Below, one piece after another: positions 39,378 to 48,730 of a stretch of DNA of 64,000 bases (position 1 is its first letter; each line of letters starts with the position of its first letter). The notes under the pieces were generated by a model. It searched no databases, was not told where the DNA came from, and saw only the letters and a program-made list of their open reading frames with translations. Position numbers and translations under genes: made by a program. The stretch is from assembly GCA_963720465.1 (NCBI GenBank), contig OY970393.1, positions 2,176,001 through 2,240,000 of the forward strand, written 5' to 3'. The DNA is from Methanobacteriota archaeon. Its GTDB lineage: Archaea > Halobacteriota > Bog-38 > Methanoflorentales > Methanoflorentaceae.

Positions 39378-40847
39378 TCATTTTGATCGTCCGGCCAAAA
39401 CGTCTGCTATGCAGTCGATAACGTCTGTTGCCAAGAGGCTGTATCCAAAGCGGAAATATGCCAAGTCGCCGGCACGACCGTTAAGGTACGCAGCTGCTGA
39501 AGCTGCTTGCATTTTGCCCAGGCGCGTTGAGAGAGCACCGACAAGCCCCGCTAGGGCGTCGCCAGTGCCCCCGACGGTCATCGCGGCGTTACCGGTCTTG
39601 TTGAGCCTGTGTTTCGTTCCGTCCGAAATAATATCGATGCGACCCTTTAGTAGTGTTACTACGCCCCAATCTCGCGAAAAAGCTTTCACCGCTTCTATTC
39701 TTTCTTGAAGCGTGCTTGGAACTACGGCACCTGTGAGAGCTGCAAACTCGCCCAGGTGTGGCGTGACCGCGATTCTGCCGCTCTCATACTCTGCGTGCGC
39801 AAGGCCCAGGAGCGCGTCTGCGTCGAGCGTTAGGTTGTTAGAAGCCGTTATTAGCGCGCTAGCAGCTCGGATCGTCTCTGCGTCAGCACCGAGACCAGGA
39901 CCCAGCACCACGGAATCGTGCTTGGCAATGAGCTCGATCAGACTCTCAACGTCTCGTGTGGTGAATCGGTTGATACCTACCTTTCGAACTATGAGGTTTG
40001 GACTGAATCCTGCTATGATTTCAGCGTTTGGTGATGCAACAGTCACGATATCGACCCCGCCTCTCATCGCCGCCATAGCAGCGAACGTTGGCGCCCCCAA
40101 ATAGGGGCCCCCGCCAATAATCAGCACGCGCCCATTTTCCCCTTTGTGACTTTCCGCGCGCCGATGCAGCAACAAATCTCCCGGGCCAGTGTACAGTTCT
40201 GCCTCCAGTGGAATCCCAATATCGCAGACTGTGGTTCCCTTTAACCGTGTGCCTGCTTTAAGGCCATGAAAGGTTACTAGGTAATCTGAATCAACCACAG
40301 TCTCTGTTCGATACCCGCTTGGCACATCAACCGACAGTGTCTTGATTTCTGTGCGATTGATTAGGTGAATAACAGTTCGTTCCGGCTCGCGCACGGGCCC
40401 TGCTAACCCGGTTCCAAGAACGGCGTCGACAAGCAGGTCATAACCTTCTAACGTCGTCAGAGGACTTTCCGGGCCAAAAATTGCGGCGCCTTGACAAAGC
40501 GTTACCGAATGATCCAAGTGTTCCAAAATCTTCCAGTTCTTTCGTGATTCTTCAGTCTTCAGGGCGTTCTCATGGCCGACTAGCACCACGTGAACGGCAA
40601 AATCGCGCGACAGATGCCGAGCCGCAACAAAGCCGTCGCCCCCGTTGTTCCCTAGACCGCAGATGATGGCTATTGACTTGGAAGAGCCGCGTGAACCTTC
40701 GCAGAGCTGCCGTACGCGTTCCGCGACAGCCTTTCCCGCATTTTCCATGAGCTGCAGTTTGGAAATGCCGAGCCCAACGCAGTTTTCGTCGATGCGCCGC
40801 ATGTCTTCAGCAGATAACGGCTCGAGAGGCATAAACCTAAAATGCAT
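39378..40847 (-). CDS. nnr: Bifunctional NAD(P)H-hydrate epimerase/dehydratase (YjeF)
   Basis: LMENAG, GNNGGDG, DVPSG, SHKG..G, DADAL, TPHLGEF, GGTGD. Confidence 0.95.
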   Translation of the reverse strand: MHFRFMPLEPLSAEDMRRIDENCVGLGISKLQLMENAGKAVAERVRQLCEGSRGSSKSIAIICGLGNNGGDGFVAARHLSRDFAVHVVLVGHENALKTEESRKNWKILEHLDHSVTLCQGAAIFGPESPLTTLEGYDLLVDAVLGTGLAGPVREPERTVIHLINRTEIKTLSVDVPSGYRTETVVDSDYLVTFHGLKAGTRLKGTTVCDIGIPLEAELYTGPGDLLLHRRAESHKGENGRVLIIGGGPYLGAPTFAAMAAMRGGVDIVTVASPNAEIIAGFSPNLIVRKVGINRFTTRDVESLIELIAKHDSVVLGPGLGADAETIRAASALITASNNLTLDADALLGLAHAEYESGRIAVTPHLGEFAALTGAVVPSTLQERIEAVKAFSRDWGVVTLLKGRIDIISDGTKHRLNKTGNAAMTVGGTGDALAGLVGALSTRLGKMQAASAAAYLNGRAGDLAYFRFGYSLLATDVIDCIADVLAGRSK

Positions 40848-40867
40848 AGCGTGGAGATATAACGCTT

Positions 40868-41326
40868 GTGCTACGACGCGTCCGGATCATTGCAGATTAC
40901 CAGTTCGGGTCTGGTGCCGGAGAAAGTCTCTTTCCTGAAACGGTCACTTTCGTGCTATCGCGAACGCGAAGGGTCAGCCAGGTTCTCGACGGCGGAATTA
41001 GGGTGGCGACACTGCGCGCGTCTGACGGACTTTTCACGCTAGGCGAGCTAGGAGCACGTCGGCTCCACGAATTTTTTTCGTACCCGAAGCTGCGTGTTGT
41101 CGTCAATGCCGAATCTGCGCCGTTCGTCGGGGCGGGAAGAACGGCCTTTGCAAAACACGTCATAGATGCTGACCCTGATTTGAGGGCGCAGGACGAGGTG
41201 CTCTTAGTCGACGAACGTGACGCGCTCATAGCGACAGGTCGGGCTCTCTTGAGCCCACTAGAGATGTGTGCGTTCAACAAGGGAGTGGCAGTGAGAACGA
41301 GGCAGGGTTTCCTTGAGACGGATTAA
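40868..41326 (+). CDS. Stand-alone PUA protein, C-terminal part of a split archaeosine tRNA-guanine transglycosylase
   Basis: IADYQFG, ATLRASDG, FAKHV, GVAVRTR. Confidence 0.85.
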   Translation: MLRRVRIIADYQFGSGAGESLFPETVTFVLSRTRRVSQVLDGGIRVATLRASDGLFTLGELGARRLHEFFSYPKLRVVVNAESAPFVGAGRTAFAKHVIDADPDLRAQDEVLLVDERDALIATGRALLSPLEMCAFNKGVAVRTRQGFLETD

Positions 41327-41409
41327 AGACGCATTGTGCGTTTAGACTTTCCGAATCGTGCACCATAATGTAAAAATCCTTTGAATGTGTCATTAACGTG
41401 GGTGATTCT

Positions 41410-41748
41410 ATGATTCCGGGCATGCGGGGAATGAGTCCCAAAAAACTACAGCAAATGATGAAACAAATGGGGATCGACGTCGAAGAGTTGGAAAACGTCG
41501 AGCGGGTGATCATCCAGCTTTCTGATAAAGAACTCATTTTCGAAGACGCAACGGTGACCGTGATGACGGCGCAAGGAACTAAGAACTATCAGATATCCGG
41601 GGAGCCCACAGAGCGTGCGAAAGTGAACGATGAAGACGTCAAAATAGTTACAGAACAGGCGGGAGTCAGCGAGGATGCTGCGCGAGAGGCCCTCGTGACT
41701 TCCGGCGGAGATCTTGCTGATGCCATCCTCAAATTGAAGGGGCAGTAG
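41410..41748 (+). CDS. nac: Nascent polypeptide-associated complex protein
   Basis: MSPKKLQQMMKQMGI, YQISG, C-terminal UBA GDLADAI. Confidence 0.95.
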   Translation: MIPGMRGMSPKKLQQMMKQMGIDVEELENVERVIIQLSDKELIFEDATVTVMTAQGTKNYQISGEPTERAKVNDEDVKIVTEQAGVSEDAAREALVTSGGDLADAILKLKGQ

Positions 41749-41757
41749 CAGCAAAAT

Positions 41758-42483
41758 ATGGTAAAGCACGCGCTTTTGATCTCTGTCGCGAACGCCGAAA
41801 GGCAATTCTTAGTTAGATCCGAGGGGGAGCTTCACACGGACGCGGGCGTCATCAACCTCGAGATTCTACGAGCTCTGGAATACGGAAGCACAATTACCAC
41901 GCACCTGGGCACGGAGTTCAAGGTGCTCAAACCCCGCGCTCCTGACTATTTTCGTCACTTGAAGCGAACGGGCGCGCCCATGATGCCGAAGGACATCGGC
42001 ACTATAGTTGCTCATACGGGTCTTAACAATAAGGATATTGTCCTCGACGCAGGCGCAGGGTCGGGAATCACAGCGATCTTTTTAGGAAGCGTCGCCGAAC
42101 ACGTAACGTCGTACGAGATCAATAGTGATTTTGCTAGACGCGCTGCGCAGAATGTACGCTACGTAGGCCTGACGAACATTGATATCGTTGAAGGCGACGT
42201 GCTCGAAATGACCTCAGAGATGGAATTCGACCTCATCACCCTCGATTTGTACGAAATCGTCAAAGCAATCGGAGTGGTAAAGGGATATCTAGCGCCCGGT
42301 GGGTTCATTGCAACCTTCTCTCCGTTCTATGAGCAGGCTTTTGAAGCACGCAGGGCGCTTGCGCGCTTTACACAAATCAAGACGTTTGAGGTAATTGAGC
42401 GGGAAATACAGTTCGGAAAGAGAGGTACTCGCCCTGCGACACGAGTGGGGCACACTGGGTTCGTTACGATAGCCCGCGCGTAA
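41758..42483 (+). CDS. trmI: tRNA (adenine-N1)-methyltransferase TrmI/GCD14
   Basis: PKDIG, DAGAGSG, GTRP..RVGHTGF. Confidence 0.92.
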   Translation: MVKHALLISVANAERQFLVRSEGELHTDAGVINLEILRALEYGSTITTHLGTEFKVLKPRAPDYFRHLKRTGAPMMPKDIGTIVAHTGLNNKDIVLDAGAGSGITAIFLGSVAEHVTSYEINSDFARRAAQNVRYVGLTNIDIVEGDVLEMTSEMEFDLITLDLYEIVKAIGVVKGYLAPGGFIATFSPFYEQAFEARRALARFTQIKTFEVIEREIQFGKRGTRPATRVGHTGFVTIARA

Positions 42484-42534
42484 CCGCAGCGCGCTACCTC
42501 TAACGCTGTTTTTGCGTACGAAGTGAGCACCAAC

Positions 42535-42542
42535 TTATAAAT
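42535..42542 (+). promoter_or_regulatory. TATA box upstream of the small Cys-rich ORF
   Basis: TTATAAAT about 33 nt before ATG 42575. Confidence 0.5.
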
Positions 42543-42574
42543 AATAATAATATGAACGATTTTTTGTGGGGTGT

Positions 42575-42751
42575 ATGGGCTTAGGAACCAGCACAACAGA
42601 ACCCGACATAGACTGTCTGGCGTTTATGGGATACGAGCAATACGGGGCAACCAAATACGTGCACTGCGGCGCTTTTGGAATAGTCCCGCTAGATTCGTGC
42701 AAGCGCTGCGTAGAATTCAGAAAAGTAAGAGCCCCTGATTACTACCGTTAG
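42575..42751 (+). CDS. Small 4-Cys protein (58 aa), possible metal finger
   Basis: DC...HCG..CKRC; has its own TATA box; fills the gap between convergent genes. Confidence 0.6.
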   Translation: MGLGTSTTEPDIDCLAFMGYEQYGATKYVHCGAFGIVPLDSCKRCVEFRKVRAPDYYR

Positions 42752-43947
42752 CTACTCATCCGCGAAAGTGCCTTCGCGTACGCTTTCTCAGTCCTCAGAG
42801 CGACGTTATCCCACGTCAGGGTTTCTCTAACGGCTGCATAAGCCTCTGTTGCAAGATCGTCTCGTAGGTCTCGATCAGCTAGGAGTCGATTCACACCTTG
42901 TGACAGCGCAAACACATCTCGTGGGGGCACGAGCACGCCGCAGCGGTCGTTCAATATCTCAGGAATTCCCCCTACGTTCGTTGCGACCACCGGACGTTCG
43001 CAGGCCATTGCCTCGATTAAGAAGAGACTGGACGCTTCCATCAAGCTTGGGATCACGACGATATCCGATGCCGAAATGTACTGAGGCAACTCTGTGTGCG
43101 GCACTGCTCCGATGAACGATACCTTCTCTTGAAGGCCGTTCTGCTCAACAAGTTTTTCGAGGTGATGCCTGTGTGGCCCATCTCCAGCTATCACAAGCTG
43201 GGCATCGTGTTGCGCGATGATGTCCGGCATGGCCAAAATGAGATAGTCCACGCCGTTTTTTTCGACAAGTCTTCGCGCGGTAAACAGAACGGTTTGGTCC
43301 GAGAGGGATTCTGCGGGAACAACATCGGGGTGAAACTCGCGCGGATCGAAGCCGTTGTGTATTGTCACGACCTTGTCGGCGGGTGCGCCCCATTCAATGA
43401 CTCTGCGGGCGAAATACGCGCCCGTGTGAATCTGCATCTTGGACATTCGCGCAAGCGCGGGGGCGAGCGCGCGTTCTGTAAATCTGTAGAGTGACGCGAC
43501 TAGAGGTGGCTCTATGTAGCGCCAGATGTCATAGTAGGATCCGTGAAGTGTGTTGACGGCGGCTCCTCCATGTTTTCGAGCCAAGACGTTTGCTGCCACG
43601 CCTGATGTGTAGAAATGGCCGTGGTAGATATCAAACCCGGAGAGATCTGCTGCAAGGCTAGCAAACGGAAACGCGACCTGTCGGGCAAATCTGAGATTCG
43701 CAGGATCCCACGTGCGTTTCATAGTGCCTGCAAGGTCAACGTTTTTGACTGATACGTCTTCAATGCGAAACTCAGAGGCTCTGCTGCTTGCCCCGCTTAC
43801 TATCGTCACTTCGTGTCCGAGTTTTGCTAGCGATTTCGACAGCTCGAGCAGTGCAACTTCAATCCCCCCTAGCAATACCCCTTCCGGCTGCGGACCGAGC
43901 TCATAAATGTGTGCGATCTTCAACGAGTTCAAACGCGCACCTTCCAT
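42748..43947 (-). CDS. Glycosyltransferase family 4
   Basis: GGIE, HNG, RRLVEKNG, EASSLFLIEAMA (EX7E), GGIPE. Confidence 0.93.
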   Translation of the reverse strand: MEGARLNSLKIAHIYELGPQPEGVLLGGIEVALLELSKSLAKLGHEVTIVSGASSRASEFRIEDVSVKNVDLAGTMKRTWDPANLRFARQVAFPFASLAADLSGFDIYHGHFYTSGVAANVLARKHGGAAVNTLHGSYYDIWRYIEPPLVASLYRFTERALAPALARMSKMQIHTGAYFARRVIEWGAPADKVVTIHNGFDPREFHPDVVPAESLSDQTVLFTARRLVEKNGVDYLILAMPDIIAQHDAQLVIAGDGPHRHHLEKLVEQNGLQEKVSFIGAVPHTELPQYISASDIVVIPSLMEASSLFLIEAMACERPVVATNVGGIPEILNDRCGVLVPPRDVFALSQGVNRLLADRDLRDDLATEAYAAVRETLTWDNVALRTEKAYAKALSRMSS

Positions 43948-44771
43948 TGTCGTGCAATTTGAGCTAGCGTTAAGAATGTGAAGCGCGCGTCTTCACTCAA
44001 GTCTTGCAAGACGGAGGAGAAAAGCTCCGCATAGCAGCCTACTTCCGAGGACGGGTGTCCGTACAATACGAATGGCAGCCTCTTGCTGTGCCAACGATCT
44101 GCGCTCTCGTGTACTCGCACTTTGATCTCGTCTTCTGAGACGCCGTTCGCGCACAGTTCGCCGATCGAATCCATCGAAACCGGCACTTGCAGTACGTGCC
44201 GTGTCGCTGCGCCAGTCTTAGGGTAAAACGGAGACGTCGGTTCTAGGCATTTGAAATCACTTGAATAACTGAAGCCGAACGAATCAATGGCGCGGAGCAA
44301 AGCGCTGGTGACGGTAAATCCCGGCGACGCAAAGCCCGTTATGTTGCTTGCAGATGCTGCCGTGAGCGCCTTGAGCCCTCTGCTGATGAGCGCTTTGATA
44401 GTTCTCTCGTCCATGGCTGGCACTTCATTCATCCATGCGTAGTGATCATACCCGTGCAATCCTAGTTCGTGTCCCTCTGCGGTAATCTCCAGCAGGGCTG
44501 CCGGACACGCTGCCTCGACGCGCACGTTCCGCAAGATCCCGTTTAAACTTTGGAATCGGTATCGCAGTGGTTTCGATCTGATGAACTTCAGGTAACGTCG
44601 CGGGTTTGCGATGTGCCTGAAGAGATTAAGCGCTAGTCGGTCGGGGCCAGTGGTCACGAAGAACGTCCCTTTGATGTCAAAAACCCGAAATAAGTCCAGC
44701 AGTTTAGGCACCAAGGCAATATCTTGTGCGCTATCAACGTCCATTCGTATCGCAACAGGGGTTTCAAACAT
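43929..44771 (-). CDS. Polysaccharide deacetylase, NodB/ArnD-like
   Basis: RMDVD, TFFVTTGPDR, HELGLHGYDH, ASPGF, YSSD, HP..E. Confidence 0.88.
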   Translation of the reverse strand: MFETPVAIRMDVDSAQDIALVPKLLDLFRVFDIKGTFFVTTGPDRLALNLFRHIANPRRYLKFIRSKPLRYRFQSLNGILRNVRVEAACPAALLEITAEGHELGLHGYDHYAWMNEVPAMDERTIKALISRGLKALTAASASNITGFASPGFTVTSALLRAIDSFGFSYSSDFKCLEPTSPFYPKTGAATRHVLQVPVSMDSIGELCANGVSEDEIKVRVHESADRWHSKRLPFVLYGHPSSEVGCYAELFSSVLQDLSEDARFTFLTLAQIARQWKVRV

Positions 44772-44920
44772 GGCAGTTTGTACAAAAAAGTATATCTATA
44801 CACGTTTTCAAAAATCGTAACTAGTATTAAGGCTGTCGTTAGCCAAGGCTATCGTTAACAGCAAGCCATTCCGTTGAGGTCGCACATTTTTTAAACTGAT
44901 TTGTTAGAGGCACAAAACCA

Positions 44921-45856
44921 GTGGATCGTTCGCAGCTCAGACAGAATCAAAGCGTCAGGCTGAAGATGGGCCTGCTCTTCGCGTGCCTCGCTCTCACTTT
45001 TTTGGTCTTCGGGAGCGCTTTTGCCAACGTCGCTCCCCCCCTTAATTACGCCACGCTAAAGCAAAACGGGTTCTATTTATGGGCAGTTCTAGCTCTGTGC
45101 GTGGCGTGGGTTTACGTTAAGCGAACGGAGATTCTCGACGCCGCCCGCACGGGGACCGATAGTCGATGGGTGGTCGCCGGCATAATACTTGCCAGCGCCT
45201 CTCTTGGGCTCCTATACTACGCTGCTACTTTTGTAGAATCGCTTCCGTTAACTCTATTTGCCATTGTTTTTGTCGTCGTCGCTCAATTTACGCTTTTTTT
45301 TGGAAAGGCGTCAAAAATACCGCTCATGCTGCTAGGAGTGTTCGGTATTGCAGTCGTTTTTCCGGCGCTACTCGAAAGCGCAGTGGCGGCTCCTTTCCCG
45401 AGGGCAACGGCAGTTCTTTGCGTGTCAACATTGCAATTGGCCAGGGTGCCTGTCACTTTGAGTGGGGTCACGGTAACGCTAAACAGCCTGATGGGCTACA
45501 ACATTGTTGTGAATGTCGACACGAGGTGCGCTGGAAGCGATTCGTTAGCGATATTTCTGGCGATTTTTGCCCTTATGCTCGTAGATCGAAAGCCAAGTAA
45601 CAAGGCCGTGCTCGGACTGTTTATTTTTGGCGTTGTTGGCGCGTATCTGCAGAACTTTGTGAGGCTGCTGGCGTTGTTCACGGCCGGGTACTACTATGGC
45701 GCTAACGCCCTGTGGGCAGTTCATGACTACGCAAGCTACATACTTTTTCCAGTGTGGTTTCTAGGCTTTGCGGTCATCTACCTGAAGTATGCTCGGAAGC
45801 CAGGTAATCCGGCAATCGGGCGTATGACAAGCGCTGAGAGCACGACGGAGCTCTAG
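44921..45856 (+). CDS. Exosortase/archaeosortase-family membrane cysteine transpeptidase
   Basis: About 8 TM helices; catalytic-triad motifs RCAG, NFVR and VHD. Confidence 0.88.
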   Translation: MDRSQLRQNQSVRLKMGLLFACLALTFLVFGSAFANVAPPLNYATLKQNGFYLWAVLALCVAWVYVKRTEILDAARTGTDSRWVVAGIILASASLGLLYYAATFVESLPLTLFAIVFVVVAQFTLFFGKASKIPLMLLGVFGIAVVFPALLESAVAAPFPRATAVLCVSTLQLARVPVTLSGVTVTLNSLMGYNIVVNVDTRCAGSDSLAIFLAIFALMLVDRKPSNKAVLGLFIFGVVGAYLQNFVRLLALFTAGYYYGANALWAVHDYASYILFPVWFLGFAVIYLKYARKPGNPAIGRMTSAESTTEL

Positions 45857-46104
45857 CGTGCTTGAGTCGAGCCCCTCGGTGATGTGTGGTATGTCCGCGC
45901 CTCGCGCCTGCTCTCATTTTCATCACGCCGCTAAAATCGCTGCCATTTGACGTTTCTAGCGCCGCAGCGCGGTCGGAATGGCAGGTACAAATAACAAAGA
46001 CTAAGTAGCATTGCAAAAAAACTAAGGAGACTGCCTATACGCCAGAATTCGTCTTTGGCTGCATATCGCTGCAGCTTTTGCCAACATCCAGAGACCTGCC
46101 AAAG

Positions 46105-48636
46105 ATGTCAACTCCTCAACAAAAAACGCGTGTCCGCATTCACGGCTGGACTCAGCGTTTCAAAAGGTTCGCATTTCTTTTGTTTTTAGGTGCGGTTTTG
46201 ATCTCTCTCACTGCGGCCACGGCAAACCTCGCGGGCGTACCCAACGCGGCCGAGGCGCAGCCAGTAGTCGGCGCGACGACGCACCCGATACAGTACTGGA
46301 TTGGCTGCGCGCCGTCAATGGTAACTACCACCAATTTGAACTATTTTAAACAACAAGGATTCACCGCTGTCTGCGTGGTTGTCCCCGACAGTCAGACGTA
46401 TCAGACGCAGCTCACCACGATCAAGTCGCTCAATATGCTGCCGATTATTGATATCGAAATGCCCATCTGGGACGGCGGGCAGCTTCAGAGCACGCCGATA
46501 AGCAATTTTGCAAGCTATTTCCAATCACTCAAAACCGCCGGATGGCAATACGTCGCCTCGGAAGGCGGCAGGAGCGGCGACCTCGAGTACATGGCGCACT
46601 ACTTCAAGGGCTATGTGAACTTCAACTGTGACCAGTGCGGCCTGTGGGAAGGGGGGTATCCAGTGTATACGAACTCATTTACGGTCGCGAACAGCTGGGA
46701 GAGCTACTACCCCTCTGAGTGGCAGTACATACAAAACGGATCAAAGCAGGCCGCTGCGCTTGGCATCCAGAACGGCATCCTCGCCGGCACGTGGGCTAAT
46801 AGTGGCGGAGACAACCAGATATACGCTAACTCAGTGAGCGGCAGCGGCACGCCCTCGTATCTCTCAATGCTGAACTGGTCGTATGCTAATGGCATCGGCT
46901 TCACCAGCTTCCACGTCTGGTGTGGTGACAATCCCGATGGGCTAAGCCAGTACCAATCGCTCGGATTTGACAAGTTGGTCGCAGCCATGCAAGTCTATTA
47001 CCCTGCGACCACGTCGGCGTCGCTTGCCAAGGGGGCCACCGGGCAGCCCACCCAGGTCACCCTCACCGCGTCGAGCACGACCCCCGCCGTCAACCAGTCC
47101 GACACCTTCACCGCCACCCTCAAGAGCGGCTCAACGGCCCTATCGTCCAAATCAGTCACAATCTACCACTACCTCAATGGCGTGCGCTACAGCGACACCA
47201 CTGCGAACACTGGCACCAACGGCCAGCTCACCCTCGCAACGAAGTGGACCACACCCGGCACACGCACCTACTACGCTGTCTTCTTCGGCGATGGTTCATA
47301 TCAGTCAATGACGAGCAGCGCCGTCACTATTAACGTCAAAGCACAGCCGCAGCTCACCCTCACCGCGTCAAGCACCACCCCCGCCGTCAACCAGTCCGAC
47401 ACCTTCACCGCCACCCTCAAGAGCGGCTCAACGGCCCTATCGTCCAAATCAGTCACAATCTACCACTACCTCAATGGCGTGCGCTACAGCGACACCACTG
47501 CGAACACTGGCACCAACGGCCAGCTCACCCTCGCAACGAAGTGGACCACACCCGGCACACGCACCTACTACGCTGTCTTCTTCGGCGATGGTTCATATCA
47601 GTCAATGACGAGCAGCGCCGTCACTATTAACGTCAAAGCACAGCCGCAGCTCACCCTCACCGCGTCAAGCACCACCCCCGCCGTCAACCAGTCCGATACC
47701 TTCACGGCTACCTTGACGAGCGGCGGAACGGCTCTCTCAGGAAAGAACGTTACCGTCTATCACTACCTCGACGGCGTTCGCTACAGCGACATCACTAAGA
47801 CCACCAACGCGAAAGGCCAGCTCACCCTCGCAACGAAGTGGACCACACCCGGCACACGCACCTACTACGCTGTCTTCTTCGGCGATGGTTCATATCAGTC
47901 AATGACGAGCAGCGCCGTCACTATTAACGTCACCAACGTCAAGACATCGGCGAGCACTGCCGTCACCGAAAACGTCACCAACGTCAAGACATCGGCGAGC
48001 ACTGCCGTCACCGAAAACGTCACCAACGTCGCCAAGATGCCGACCGCGCTCACGATTGCCGCGCCCGCATCTGCATTGATGATGCAGAACTTCACCGTCA
48101 ACGGCACGCTGAGCGCCAGCGCCGTTGGAATAGGTAACGTGACCACTGCCCTGCAGCGTTCCACGGACAACGCCACGTGGACCAACGTGACCACGAACGT
48201 GACGAACACCACGGGCGGATACCAGTTCAGTAACAACGAGTCGGCGGCGAACACCTACTACTACCGCGCCGTTTACGACGGTAACGCCACCTATACCAAC
48301 GCCACAAGCAACACGGTGAATGTGACCGTCGCCAAGATGCCGACCGCGCTCACTCTCACCGCGTCCAACTCCACTCCCGCGGTCAATCAGTCCGTCACCT
48401 TCAACGCCACTTTGAGTAATGGCACGACGCCGCTCTCAGGAGAGAACGTTATTATCTACCATTACCTCCACGGCGTCCGCTACAACGACACGACCAATCC
48501 CACCAATGCTAATGGCCAGATCACCATTACCACGAGCGGGGCCTCCACCGGACAACGCACCTACTACGCCGCCTTCGCCGGCGACAGCACCTATCAAGCA
48601 TCGACGAGCAGCGCGGTCAATGTCATAGTGCAGTAG
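46105..48636 (+). CDS. Large secreted protein: N-terminal globular domain plus five Ig-like repeats
   Basis: Hydrophobic signal segment ending AEA; aromatic-rich domain of about 250 aa; Thr-rich repeats ending F.GD..Y..S; many N-X-T sequons; no C-terminal TM. Confidence 0.88.
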   Translation: MSTPQQKTRVRIHGWTQRFKRFAFLLFLGAVLISLTAATANLAGVPNAAEAQPVVGATTHPIQYWIGCAPSMVTTTNLNYFKQQGFTAVCVVVPDSQTYQTQLTTIKSLNMLPIIDIEMPIWDGGQLQSTPISNFASYFQSLKTAGWQYVASEGGRSGDLEYMAHYFKGYVNFNCDQCGLWEGGYPVYTNSFTVANSWESYYPSEWQYIQNGSKQAAALGIQNGILAGTWANSGGDNQIYANSVSGSGTPSYLSMLNWSYANGIGFTSFHVWCGDNPDGLSQYQSLGFDKLVAAMQVYYPATTSASLAKGATGQPTQVTLTASSTTPAVNQSDTFTATLKSGSTALSSKSVTIYHYLNGVRYSDTTANTGTNGQLTLATKWTTPGTRTYYAVFFGDGSYQSMTSSAVTINVKAQPQLTLTASSTTPAVNQSDTFTATLKSGSTALSSKSVTIYHYLNGVRYSDTTANTGTNGQLTLATKWTTPGTRTYYAVFFGDGSYQSMTSSAVTINVKAQPQLTLTASSTTPAVNQSDTFTATLTSGGTALSGKNVTVYHYLDGVRYSDITKTTNAKGQLTLATKWTTPGTRTYYAVFFGDGSYQSMTSSAVTINVTNVKTSASTAVTENVTNVKTSASTAVTENVTNVAKMPTALTIAAPASALMMQNFTVNGTLSASAVGIGNVTTALQRSTDNATWTNVTTNVTNTTGGYQFSNNESAANTYYYRAVYDGNATYTNATSNTVNVTVAKMPTALTLTASNSTPAVNQSVTFNATLSNGTTPLSGENVIIYHYLHGVRYNDTTNPTNANGQITITTSGASTGQRTYYAAFAGDSTYQASTSSAVNVIVQ
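47053..47931 (+). repeat. Three 297-bp near-identical coding tandem repeats (99-aa Ig-like module)
   Basis: Units start at 47053, 47350 and 47647; the third has a divergent internal patch. Confidence 0.93.
47926..48030 (+). repeat. 45-bp coding tandem repeat x2.3 (NVTNVKTSASTAVTE)
   Basis: Units at 47926-47970 and 47971-48015, partial 48016-48030. Confidence 0.93.
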
Positions 48637-48730
48637 TCGAGAGGCTGCACAAATCTGTAAAGAGACAGTTAACGAGGATTATCGTCATTCTTATATACGG
48701 GCCGCATGTAACGCTATCTGAGCAAATAAC

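Noticed and set aside
40868-41326. Stand-alone PUA gene as a truncated pseudogene
   Set aside because: Split archaeosine transglycosylases with a separate C-terminal subunit are known in Methanosarcina-type euryarchaea
47053-47931. Template/variable repeat pair of a diversity-generating retroelement
   Set aside because: All copies are in-frame coding, differences are not adenine-specific, and no reverse transcriptase is in the window
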